Source of the DNA: Chiloscyllium plagiosum
Lineage: Eukaryota
Assembly (NCBI RefSeq): GCF_004010195.1
Contig: NC_057718.1
Location: 55,839,862 to 55,903,861 of the forward strand
Direction of reading: 5' to 3'
DNA: 64,000 bases
How positions within the stretch are numbered: the stretch's first letter is position 1; each line of letters opens with the position of its first letter. The translations under genes were made by a program, and so were the position numbers. Below, piece by piece: positions 52,526-64,000 of this stretch. The notes under the pieces were generated by a model. That model was not told the origin of the DNA. It searched no databases and saw nothing but the letters and a program-made list of their open reading frames with translations.

Positions 52526-54895
52526 AAAAAACCATTTTCCAGCCATCCCTTTACCCGCGAACATCTGCCCCCAATCAGCTTTCGAAAGTTCTTGCCTAAC
52601 ACCGTCAAAATTATTCTTTCTCCAATTTACAACTTCAACTTTTAGAGCTGGTCTATCCTTTTCCATCATAATTTTAAAATATAATAGAATTATGGTCACT
52701 GGCCCCAAAGTGCTCCCCCACTGACACGTCAGTCATCTGCCCTGCCTTATTTCTCAAGAGTAAGTCAAGTTTTGCACCTTCTCTAGTAGGTACATCCACA
52801 TACTGAATCAGAAAATTTTCTTGTACACACTTAACAAATTCCTCTCCATCTAAACCCTTAACATTATGGCAGTCTCAGTCTATGTTTGGAAAGTTAAAAT
52901 CCCCTACCATAACCACCCAATTATTCTTACAGATAGCTGAGATCTCCTCACAAGTTTGTTTCTCAATTTCCCTCTAACTATTAGGGGGTCTATAATACAA
53001 TCCCAATAAGGTGATCATCCCTTTCTTATTTCTCAGTTCCACCCAAATAACTTGTCTGGATGTAGTTTCAGGAATATCCTCCTTCAGCACAGCTGTAATG
53101 CTATCCCTTATCAAAAATGCCACCCACCCCCCTCCTGTCTTGCCTCCATTTCTATCCTTCCTGTAGCATTTGTATCCTGGAACATTAAGCTGCCAGTCCT
53201 GCCCATCCCGGAGCCATGTTTCTGTAATTGCTATGATATCCCAGTCCCATTTTCCTAACCATGCCCTGGGTTCATCTGCCTTTCCTTTTAGGCCCCTTGC
53301 ATTGAAATAAATGCAGTTTAATTTATTAGTCCTACCTTGTCCCTGCTTGCCCAGACTGTTTGACTCGCCTCTGTGCTCAACTGTACCAGTCTCAGATTGA
53401 TCTCTTTCCTCACTATCTCCCTGGGTCCCACCTACCTTCCTCCTTCCCCCACCTTACGAGGTTAAATCCTCCTGACCAGCTCTAGCAAGTCTCCCTGCTA
53501 GTACATTAGTCCCCTTCCAATTTAGGTGCAATCCATCCTTCTTGTACAGGTCACTTCTACCCCAAAAGAGATTCCAATGATCCAAAAATGTGAATCCTTC
53601 CCCCATACACCAGCTCCTCAGCCTGCTTTCATCTGCTCTATTCTCCTATTCCTGCCCTCACTAGCTCGTAGCACCAGGAGTAATCCGGAGGACCAGGAGT
53701 AATCTCGAGGACCTCCTTTTTAAATTTCTACCTAACTCTCTGTAATCTCCCTTCAGAATCTCAACCTTTTCCCTTCCTGTGTCGTTGGTTCCAGTGTGGA
53801 ACCTCTTCCCCTTGAGAACATTCTGCACTCTCTGAGACATCCTTGATCCTGGCACCAGGGAAGCAACACACCATTCTGCTTTTTCTCTGCAGGCCACAGA
53901 AATGTCTGTCTGTACCTCGCACTAGAGAATCCCCTAACACAATTGATCTCTTGGAACCGGATGTACCCCTCGTTGCATTAGAGCCAGTCTCCATACCAGA
54001 GACTTGGTTGTTCGTGCTATGTTCCCCTGACAATCCGTCACCCCCTACATTTTCCAAAACTGCATCCTTGTTTGAAATGGGTATATCCACATAAGACTAC
54101 TGCACTAGCTGCCTACCTGTCTTACTTTTCCTGGAGTTAACCCATCTATGTGACTGTATCTGAGAATTTCCCCCCTTCCTATAACTACCATCCATCAAGG
54201 TTGTTGCAAATTCCTCATTGCTTCTAACTGTCTCTCCAACCGATCCATTCAATCTGATAAGATTCACAGCCATCAGCATTTATGGCAGATATAATCCACA
54301 GTAACTCTTAAACTCTCTTTAAACTCCCACATCTGACAAGAAGTACATATCACTCTATTCAAGGCCATTTTTGCTCCTTCACAATCTACAGACCCTAAAA
54401 ATAACTCCGTCTTATTCCTCTACAAATACTGCCCCAGGTTAAATTAATAGTTATGACTTATATTTTAAGTTTAAATCAAAAGACATGTCTCCAAAAACAT
54501 ATAATGAATAAAGAACCTACTCTACTCACTACTGCAGATTCTCTGTAGGCCACACTTAAAACAACAATTAACTTATCTGATTCTGTGCTGTGAACTTCCC
54601 CCAACAGTTCCTCCAAGATCAGTTGTGAATTTCGTTGTTTGATAATTTTCCCAGATGCACGCCGATGTCCAGCGATACACGAATTCAAACAGCAAAGGCA
54701 GTAACTGTGCAGGTTCTCTCTCTCTCTCTTTCTCTCCCTTCTGCAATGACCTCACCATGTGCTTCCTTTGTCTGTTCTTCTCCCTTTTAAAACTGCTGTT
54801 GTTTTGACTTCTTTTTTCCAAAGTTCCAAAACAATATAACAGCATATGAAACAGTAATTGCTGCTCCTGCAATTCGAGGAAATCACCTCCAGCAC
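52526..54895 (-). mobile_element. CR1 LINE 5' half: 5' UTR, ORF1 with SGNH/GDSL esterase-like domain, ORF2 endonuclease
   Basis: IVLGDSLVRGTDRHFC...VCCFPGARIKDV and HTGTND. Endonuclease motifs DIIAITETW and GASDHN read on the minus strand in 52690-53240. Confidence 0.88.
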
Positions 54896-54959
54896 CTATT
54901 CTTTCCTTTGCAAATATTTTTCTAGTTTTGTTTTTTAATTGCAACTCCCCTTCTTTGGA

Positions 54960-55300
54960 AATAGGAAACAACCTAACATCTATGATTGGCAAAATGCTGG
55001 AATCTGTTATTAAGTTAATAGTAACAAGACATTTTGGAAATTTTCAACAAACCCCAGTATGGTTTTATGAAAGAGAAATTGTTTTCTCAGAAATTTATTA
55101 GAGTTCTTTGAGGACTTATGAAGCAGGTAACTAAAGGAAAACCAGTAGATGTAGTTTATTTGGATTTCCAACGACATTTAGTAAGCTGCTACATAAAAGT
55201 TTACTGCATTAAATAATGGCAGCTCCTGTTATTGGGAGGAATATCTTCGAATGGGTAGAGCATTGGTAAACAAAGAATCTGAGAGAATAAATGGTTCATT
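54960..55300 (+). mobile_element. Old CR1 RT fragment
   Basis: GKMLES.I, QYGF, VDVVYLDFQ remnants. Confidence 0.7.
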
Positions 55301-55554
55301 TATCTTAAGCTTATTCAATAGGCAGCCTGCAGGCCATTGTGTGGATCATCAAGTGATCCTATGTGGTGTGCCAAGTCATTGTTGTAAATGCAAATATAAC
55401 TAGAATGTTTTACAAGGAGTAACTCTCCAATCAGAGACTTCTGTTTTTTACCATTAGTGATCATATCAACAACAAATGATGGAAATAAATGATCTGTAGT
55501 CATAGTGGTGAATAGTGAAATGTAAGTATTTTCACTTAACTTGACATTTGAAGC

Positions 55555-55874
55555 TAGATTAGATTAGATTCCCTACAGTGTGGAAACAAGCCCTTCGGCC
55601 CAACAAGTTCACACCAACCCTCCGAAGAGTAACCCACCCAGACCCATTTCCCTCTGACAAATGCACCTAACACTATGGGCAATTTAGCATGGCCAATTCA
55701 CCTGACCTGCACATCTTTGGACTGTGGGAGGAAACCAGAGCACCCAAAGGAAACCCATGCAGACACGGGCAGAGTGTGCAAACTCCACACAGATAATCGC
55801 CCAAGGCTGGAATTGAACCCGGGACTCTGGTGCTGTGAGGCAGCCGTGCTAACCACTGAGCCACTGTGCCGCCC
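55555..55874 (-). mobile_element. tRNA-derived V-SINE (HE1-like)
   Basis: Reverse complement of the 45215 family, with tagat repeats at the left end. Confidence 0.92.
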
Positions 55875-56699
55875 TATAGCAATGAGTATGTAGAATAGAG
55901 ACTGGGAGAATTTTACTGAGGCACTGATTTAGGAGGTAATAAATGAGAGTTGACCTATTATGAGGCAGAGGAGGTGAATGAGAGTTGTGCCACTGGGAGA
56001 TGGGAAGGAGGAGAAGGGGAGCTGGGCCACTGGAGTTAGGGGAAGGTGGTGGAGGGAGTTGTGGGGGATGCTGTTGGAAGAGATGTTGGCAAGAGGAGCT
56101 GTGGGTGCAGCAGCCATGCAAGACAGGAAAGCTGGAGTGTTAGACTAGGCAGGAGGAAGCACAGGTTGTCATCATCATAGCTGCAGATACTGCCTCTCAG
56201 CGATATTAATCACTAAACCTCCTGGGCCTGTGTGACTCAGTGCATGTGTTGATGTGAGTAAGAGCAAAGTGACTGTGTGAACATTAGTGGATGGGTGAAT
56301 GGATGAGCAAGTGAGCGTGTCTAACTACTATATGAACGTGTGCAATTTAGCATTCCACTGTGGGTGGGTGAGGTTGTGGGACCGAAGCAGACACAGAGCC
56401 ACCCTTTTCTTCACCTGTCCAACTGAGCTTAGGGAAAACCACTTGAGTGTAAGCAGTTGCATAGCCTGACGCAGGATATACCCTGAGTAGTGAGACCCTA
56501 GATAAGCCCGCAGCAAAACTCCAAAAAAAAAGCTGAGCATTGGTCAAATAACTAAAATGTTCTTCAGGATCCGGGCCAGCATACTATTCTAATTGCTGCA
56601 GGTATGTGGACTTGAAACAACAAATGAGTTCTACGTTGCCTGACTTGAGTAAGAGGACTCAAGGCTGGTATCTAGAAAAGTGCATACCCTGGAAAATCT

Positions 56700-59560
56700 A
56701 TGTGTGGTTTGGAACTGTTAAATTACTTAGTAACATCCAAATCAGAACTAATCAAAATAAATATCTGGTTAAATGGTAACCCAGTTCTAATGGAGGTCAA
56801 TACTGGTGCAGAGCCAGTCTTTAACAAAATTCGCTCTGGACTTCAATCCTTAAGTTTGTGCAAGACCTTGACCAGGCTGCGAACCTGTACCAGAAAACCA
56901 TTACAGATTAAGAGTGAGACCTCCATTCTGGTCTCCTATGAGTAGCAGCTGGTTCAGTTATCACTGATTGTAGGACTCGGGCCCTAGCTTGATGGGGCAG
57001 AATTGATTGAGAAAGATTCACCTTAATTAGTTTCACATTTTTCAATTAGAAAATGGCTGCCTGACTGAAGTCCAAATTAAATACCCAGAAGTTTTTCAAG
57101 AAGGACTAAGGACTATCAAATGAGCTGAGGCCATCTTACATGTTGACCACAAAGCAATTCTACAGTTTTGCAAGGCCCACTCACTACTATCTGCCTTGTG
57201 TGCAAAAGTAGAGGCAGAAATCAGGACACTGCAAAGTGAAGGAATCATCAAACTGGTACAGTTTGTGGAATGGTCCGCACAGGTCGTACCAATTGTGAAG
57301 CCTTATGGGTCAGTCATCCTTGTGGTGATTTCAAGCAAATGGTAAATTGCTTCTTGCAGCTGGATAAATATCCAAAGCCTAGCAAAGAGGACTTGTACGC
57401 AAAACTGGCAGGGGCCTGTTCTTCATGAAGCTGGACATGAGCCACAAGTACCTGTGATTATGACTAGATGAGGAGTGCCAGAAGCATGCCACAATTAATA
57501 CCCGCCAGAGTTTGTATCAATATATAAGACTGTCATTTGGGGTATCATCAGCCTATGCAACCTTTTAGCAGATGATGAAGAACATCTTAGAAGGTTCATC
57601 CCAGATCACTTTTTATCTGGATGACATGCTAATAACAGGGATGACCAATACAGAACACTTACAGAACTTGGACGTAGTCCTTAGATATTTTTCCCAGGTG
57701 GGTGTACACCTTAGAAGGGAGAAGTGTGTATTCCAGGCACCCCAAGTGAGCTACTTGGGCTACAGAGTCAACAAGACCAGTTTACACCCATTGAAAGATA
57801 AAGTGAGGACGATCAACATTCCCATGTCTGTACAGGTGCTTAGGTCTTTCCTTGGGTTGGTGAATTATTACGGAAAGTTTATATTTAACCTGGCCTCCAT
57901 CCTGACACCCTTATACCTGTTATTGATAAAGCGTCAGCCCCGAAAATGGTCATTTAGCCAAGAAGTAGCCTGTAGGGAAGTGAAAAAGCATCTATTATTT
58001 TCTAAGGTGTTGGCCCACTACATTCCCAAGCGAGAGGTGGTGCTGACATGTAATGCATCCCCTACAATATCAGGTTTAGTGTTGGCTCACCGTTGGCCCA
58101 ATGGAGAGGAATGCCCAACAGTGTATGCTTCCTGCACTTTGGCTGATACTGAACACAAATACGCACAGGTAGAGAAGGAAGGTGTGGCGGTTATTTTTAG
58201 AATGATAAAGTTCCACCAATACCTTTACAGACATAAATTTGTAATTGTAATGGACCACAAACACCTGCTAGGGCTACTTAAAGAAGCCAAGGAAATGCCA
58301 CCATAGCTTCTGGTAGAATTCAGTGTTGGACCCTCATTCCCAGTGCGTACAATTATAAGTTGAAACACCGTTTGGGAGGCCAAGTGGCAAATGCAGACGC
58401 CTTGAGCCACCTCCCACGGGCAGATACACCACAAGTGATACCTCTCCTGGAAGAGTCCGTTTACTTTCTGGACACCCTTCCCATCACCAATGGCATTATC
58501 TGACTGTGGACACAAAAAGATCCAATCCTGTCTTAAATAAAACAGCTGCTGGGGATTTGGGAAGCAAAAGGGCCATCACAACCAGAAGTGAAATCTTTCT
58601 GGACCAGACAAGATCAGAGCACCATAGAGAATGGTGCATTATTTTGGGGAACAAGAGTGAGTGCCCCAAGTAAAGGTTGCTGCCAGATACTGGCTGAACT
58701 CCACCAGGGTTATTGAGGAGTTTCCAAAATGAAAATGTTGGCAAGAAGATATGTCTGGTGTCCAGGATTGGATTCTGACAATAGCCACATTGGTGAAGCA
58801 ATGCAAAGAGTATCAACAAGAACAAAAATTACTGCCAACAGCTCCCCCACATTCAGGGGAATGGCCAATTAAATCCTGGACTTGGTTGCACATCGACTAT
58901 ACTGGTCCTTTCATGGGCTCAATGTTCTTGGTCGTCGTAGATGCCCATTCAAAGTGGTTGACATGCATAGAGTTCAGTCGTCAAACTTGGTGATGACAAT
59001 TGAAAAATCACGAGCATCATTTGCAATACACAGACTCCTGGAAGTATTAGTAACAGACCACGGGATGTCATTTCCCAGCAGGCAATTCAAGTATTTCCTC
59101 AAGTCAAATGGCATTCAGCATGTTTAGAGAGCTCCATGCCATCATCCAATGGTCTGGCAAAAAGAGCAGTCCAAATATTGTAAGCAGGCTTAAAGAAACA
59201 GCCTACTGCTTCACTCGATACCAAACTGTCTCCGGTCCTGTTTGATTATAAGACCACCTCTAACAACTACAAGGATAGCTCCAACAGAGTTGCTGATAGG
59301 GAGGAGAATCTGCACCAGATTAAACCTGATATTCCCAGACCTGTGGGGCATCAGGGATACCAATGCTCTTTGAGCGAGAGAGACAGTTTACTTCTGGGGA
59401 TAAAGTTTGGAGTCAAAAGCACAGAAATGGTCCTTCATGGGTACAAGGTGATATCAACATGTGGTCAGGTCCTGTGACATACAAAGTTCAAGTAGGTGAA
59501 GCAGTCCTGAACAAACATGTAGATCACATTGAAGTTGCTTCTTTGCAAACGGGGCAAGTG
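56700..59560 (+). mobile_element. Degenerate Gypsy pol (PR-RT-RH-IN order, Mag/K02A2.6-like), no LTRs identified
   Basis: MEVNTGA (protease), FYLDDMLITG (RT), LRSFLGLVNYYGKF, LTCNAS...YAQVEKEG (RNase H), WLHIDYTGPFMGSMFLVVVDAHSKW (integrase). Confidence 0.9.
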
Positions 59561-60024
59561 CAAAATTTATCCAGCCCCTCAGAACAGCCAGAAAGGCTGT
59601 CAGAAACCGTGGGTTTTCTCCCGCTGTATAGCACGAAGAATCCCAAGAGTCTGAGATGGACGCAGCCGATGTCACAGCCTTGATACCATTACCGCCTAAA
59701 GAGGAGGAGGAATTTCTTCCGAGATGCTCTGGGCGCAAGATCTGGTACATGCTGCCCAAGTCAGAGTCAGTGGAACTAGACCTGGTGTGAAAATGTCCCA
59801 GGAGAAGCTACAAAAGAAAGTACAGGCCTGCTTCCAGATAGATTAAATGAGCTCTTCGTGGGACTTTAGCCTCTTTCTTGAGGAACTTCCCATCTTCATG
59901 GACAAGGGGCATCCTCCAATAATAACATCCCCTCTCTCCCTCACTCCACACGGGTTTACTACTTTAAAAGAAATTATGAATTCCATACCAACCACACTAT
60001 TAAATGGGCAGTGTATTATTGGAG

Positions 60025-60110
60025 CTGAAAATGTGTTGCTGGAAAAGCGCAGCAGGTCAGGCAGCATCCAGGGAACAGGAGAATCGATGTTTCGGGCATA
60101 AGCCCTTCTT
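60025..60110 (-). mobile_element. 86 bp Penelope 3' fragment running from the hammerhead core to the short 3' end
   Basis: 16 bp TSD cagtgtattattggag at 60009-60024 and 60111-60126. Sequence corresponds to one arm of the 31644 palindrome family. Confidence 0.92.
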
Positions 60111-60314
60111 CAGTGTATTATTGGAGTCAGTTGAACTAATAACAAACTCAATTTATCCTTAATTATGGGGTGAGCTCTAGAAGATGGTGGGCTAGTCCGA
60201 TGTTACAGGACCACCACCAAAAACACACCCAGCAAAGGTATGTAATACTCAGCCCCCTAGCTTACTGAGCTTTGCTCACTAGTTTGTCACATGAGAAAAA
60301 TATTGAAGTGTGAA

Positions 60315-60667
60315 TCATAGAATTCCTACAGTGTGGAAGGAGGTCATTCAGCCCATCGAGTCCAGACCAATCTTCCGAACAGCATCCCACCCAGACACAC
60401 CTCCCTACTCTATCCCTATAACCCTGAATTTTCCATGCTAATCGAGCTAGCCTAAACATCCCTGGGCATTTTGGGCAATTCAGCATGGCCAATCCACCTA
60501 ACCTACATATCTTTGGACTGTGGAAGGAAACCGGAGCACTCAGACGATATCCACGCAGACACGGGAAAACATGCAAACTCCACACAGATAGTTGCCCAAG
60601 GCTGAATCAAACCCAGGTCCCTGGCACTATGACGCAGCGTGCTAATCCCTGAGCCATCGTGCTGCCC
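60315..60667 (-). mobile_element. tRNA-derived V-SINE (HE1-like), diverged
   Basis: Reverse complement of the 38051 type. Confidence 0.88.
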
Positions 60668-61031
60668 ACGTGAACAACATACAAAAAGTTTGGACAATTT
60701 TGGTGTACAGAGTGGTAAACTGACAGGGATTTGTGCGGGGGTGTAAACTATTTAGAATCCGTGTTAATAATTTTGAAAAAAGGGACAAGTATGTTGTAGC
60801 CACATAAAAAGCAAATGTGAGAGAAGTCCAAAAAAATAAAAGTTAAAAGATATACAGATCAGTCTCTGGGTTGTTTTGAATAGTAGATTGTGGAATGTTG
60901 ATAGTTGAGCAGTCTATTTTGAGATTGTTGGCTTTGTCCTAGTTCCCTTTGAATTAACTTGCTAAATGGCTTCCACACTCAACGTGAGAAACCCCCTTAC
61001 CTGTAATAGAGTTGTGATAGTTCTTTAACTA

Positions 61032-61327
61032 CAGAGGAAACTCGATTATCCAAATACCAATTATTCAAAAATCGGATTATCCGAAGGAGATCTTGAGGCC
61101 CTGATAGAAACATTACATCAAAGACCTGTTTCCAGCAGTGATCGTGTCTTTTGTTTACAGTGATTAAACAGGCACCATCTCCAAATGACTGACTTCCTGC
61201 CCTCTCTATCTCTCCACACTTTCCCTGGAGTTCTACAGAGGGGTGTACCCTAACCCCTCCCCGCTTCCCAGGAATAATCTCTCCAACATTGTCCTGTACA
61301 TGGCAAACATGGAACCTGTCAAAAATT

Positions 61328-61358
<31 letters not shown>

Positions 61359-61609
61359 AGGCTTGCGTGCTTTGTGCTGGGGGGNNNTGGGGGTTGGGGG
61401 AGTGGTTGGACTGGGTTGGGAGTCGGGGGGCTGGGTTGGACAGGTTTGGGGGCGGGTCTCGCGCTGCGCACTGCTGCAGTCTCCTGAATAGAGAGCAGAC
61501 TTTAAAACTCCGAGCCCCAGAGGAAAGGCATTTAATCGATTTTCCGAATAATTGATTATCCGAATGAAATAGTGCCCGCCCATCACATTCGGATACTCGC
61601 GTTTCCATG
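61032..61609. mobile_element. Tc1/mariner (Tigger/pogo-like) MITE containing a (GT)n tract
   Basis: TA on both flanks (61030-61031, 61610-61611). Imperfect TIRs cagaggaaactcgattatcc and ggatactcgcgtttccatg. Subterminal gattatccgaa repeats. Confidence 0.75.
61328..61353. repeat. (GT)n microsatellite
   Basis: Seen directly. Confidence 0.95.
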
Positions 61610-62565
61610 TACTACTTTCACAGCACATTATCATTCAAAGCCAGGCTAATATACATCTCAGCCCTGGCACACGCAAGCACCTTCGTTCACTAACACATAC
61701 AGACCAGGGTGAGACTGGCATTTAACCCCAGTTCTTGTGTATTTTTGAAAGGGGATGAAAGGATAAACATGTCTCTCACCTCACATTGTTGACCCTTTCC
61801 CATTATCTTCTCATTTTAAAAACCTCATGTACAATTAAATGTTCAATATCTCCATTCTTGTTCCGTAATGGTTGTGACAGTGTATTGTAGGATTTTGGAA
61901 TTCAATTCAATTGAATTGGATAACTTAAGTCAATCACAAGTCTATCTATTATGCCTCTGGTTCTGACTAATTATAAGACCACTTCGAGTAGAAGTCTGAA
62001 GAGGTTTCACAAATTTAAGTTATCACAACAAGCACAAAAAAATTCTAAATAAAAGCAGTGGACTCAATCAATTCACAGTATAAAACCAGCTCTCAATTTC
62101 TAGTTGTCTTGGGTTATAGCTGTGCTCCCATTGACTAAATTTATCCTTCTGTCTTTTTCTTTTAATACACAGTACCACTTAGAACTAAGCCTTATGAACA
62201 CTTACTAGCCATTATGCCCAGCCATGATTAGGATAATCTTGAATTCCAATTGTCTTGTTAGTGCATGAACCATTCATGATGAAACATGGATTGACTTGGT
62301 GGTGTATCCCCAATTCCTGATTAGTTTAACAGTAATAGTCATCTTAGTGGCATCTTTTCTTATTGTTTCGAGTCATTCTTTGACATTTCAATCACTTTAA
62401 AAGATCACCACTTATACGGAAACTTACTCTTTCTTACTTACCAGCTCCATAGATCTTTACCAAGATAATACAGCGTCAATGAGGCCAATTCTGTGTCTGA
62501 ACATAAAACAGAAGAAGATTACTTTTCATTATTATTTTTCGACAATTGATTCTACATTTTTCTAG

Positions 62566-62692
62566 GCTATGACAGTGATGTTGCAAAAGAGAAGTCCATC
62601 GATTACACAACCAAGATCTATGCAGTTAGTATCAGGGAGATGTCAGGCACAAAGCCACATCTTCAACCAAAAGAAGTCTCAACAGAAGAAAG
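62566..62692 (+). CDS. EML6: EML6 coding exon: GYDSDVAKEKSIDYTTKIYAVSIREMSGTKPHLQPKEVSTEE(R)
   Basis: Acceptor atttttctag and donor gtacat at 62693. 127 bp, phase 1/2. DYTTKIYAVSIREM matches recalled EML6. Confidence 0.93.
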
Positions 62693-63821
62693 GTACATTA
62701 TTGCTTTGAAAATCCACCTTATTGGCAATGTTGATTATATCGTGTAAAAGTTAATAATTGTTCTCATTTTTATTACACTTTGGTTTAGTTCTTTTGCATG
62801 TTCTTAATGGAAAATTTTATCATCTATATTTTCCACAGAAAATTCACAGCACAAATTAAATAATACTTCTTAGATATTCTAATAGTTTGAACACTCTTAG
62901 AATAAACATAACTGTCTTAAACCTTAACAACTTTACATTACTTGAGGTATATAAACAATGTTCTTTATTTTAGGACAGATTTCATGCATAAACAAAAACT
63001 TACTGAACATATTTAATATTTTGCATCTACAACAGTCTCAACAGTTTTTCAAACTAAATTTTAGGATCTGCAGTGGATTTTTAATTCTTATTCAACATAC
63101 AAGCCATTACATGTGGCAAAAGGAAACTAACATACCAACATGTCACTCCAACATTTAATAAATCTGAAGAACAGAATAGTTGTAGGAGAAAATATTTGTG
63201 AGGGCTATGAATGAAGAAGATTATTAAAGATAGAAGCCAAAGCATGGTAGCCTTTGGCAAGTTTGTTAAAGGAAAGGACATGAGTTGTGAGGGAAATACT
63301 TGGTGCATTTTTCAGAAAAATGGCATTACTCAATTTCCACTCTGACCACTCAAACCAATGTGGTATTTCATGAAATCCTATTATGAGAATTTGGCTATCT
63401 ATGCCAATTCACAATGCTTCCCAGAAGTTAACATTGTGCCTTACTTACAATGAAGTGCAGCAAAGCTTTAGACCATGACTGACAATGATTGATCTTGCAT
63501 GTGCCAATCCAATCCTGTTTGGTACTTAAGTATTCTTTGATCAGTTGTCACAACTCTGCACTGCTTTCCTGCAGACCAAGACATTATGAAGGCAAATCCC
63601 CAATTCAACAACTGTAAAATTTCTTGATAGCATCCATTTACATGCCTTAGAATTATATTTATAAGATGTAATATGTTTAATTTTTTTTTAAAAAAAAGCA
63701 TTGCAAATATTTGTATGATTCTTGGGGTTTATTTTGGAAAATTTATGCTGGAATCCAGTTAGTAGTTATTGCTATTCAGTGATTTTGACTGACAGTTGTT
63801 CTTATGTACACAACGGATAAG

Positions 63822-64000
63822 AGGTGTTGTGGTGCAATGTATAGTCTCCTTTCTTCTGACTGAGTTCTGAGTTTCAGTCCACTCCAAGACTTAATGGTCA
63901 TGGAAAGTGCATTCGTAACATAGCCGAAAAACTTCACTCTCAATGTGTGGACCCTTCCACAATACCAGTGGCAGGTAGTTATGCAAAGTTTGTGAAGGTT
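63822..64000 (+). mobile_element. Possible old tRNA-derived SINE
   Basis: Head ggtgttgtggtgcaatgt and a B-box-like gagtttcagtcc. Confidence 0.4.

Noticed and set aside
57572..58306. 244 aa ORF as a domesticated Gypsy gene
   Set aside because: The flanking pol has many stops and frameshifts, and catalytic residues are altered (NTG in protease, CNAS in RNase H).

Overview
Vertebrate genomic DNA, most likely an elasmobranch (shark), inferred from V-SINE/HE1-like SINEs and CR1/HER1-like LINEs. The window holds five consecutive internal coding exons of EML6 on the + strand (3525-3656, 13960-14048, 38548-38724, 42195-42393, 62566-62692). They splice in frame across four introns of about 10.3, 24.5, 3.5 and 20.2 kb. 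The introns are mostly transposon-derived. They contain many CR1 and L2 LINE fragments, tRNA-derived SINEs and a Tigger/pogo-like MITE. They also hold a degenerate two-LTR Gmr1-type Gypsy element with integrase upstream of RT, a decayed retrovirus-like provirus with candidate spliced accessory and glycoprotein ORFs, a second Gypsy pol, a solo LTR and Harbinger relics. About ten Penelope-like (GIY-YIG) insertions are present, most carrying minimal hammerhead ribozyme motifs. The most unusual signal is in these Penelope insertions: two perfect 86-87 bp-arm palindromes whose loops sit on the hammerhead core, a matching 86 bp single-arm insertion, and recurrent use of two discrete 3' ends facing in opposite directions. 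No prokaryotic systems or intact transposon ORFs were seen. Several assembly gaps limit interpretation.
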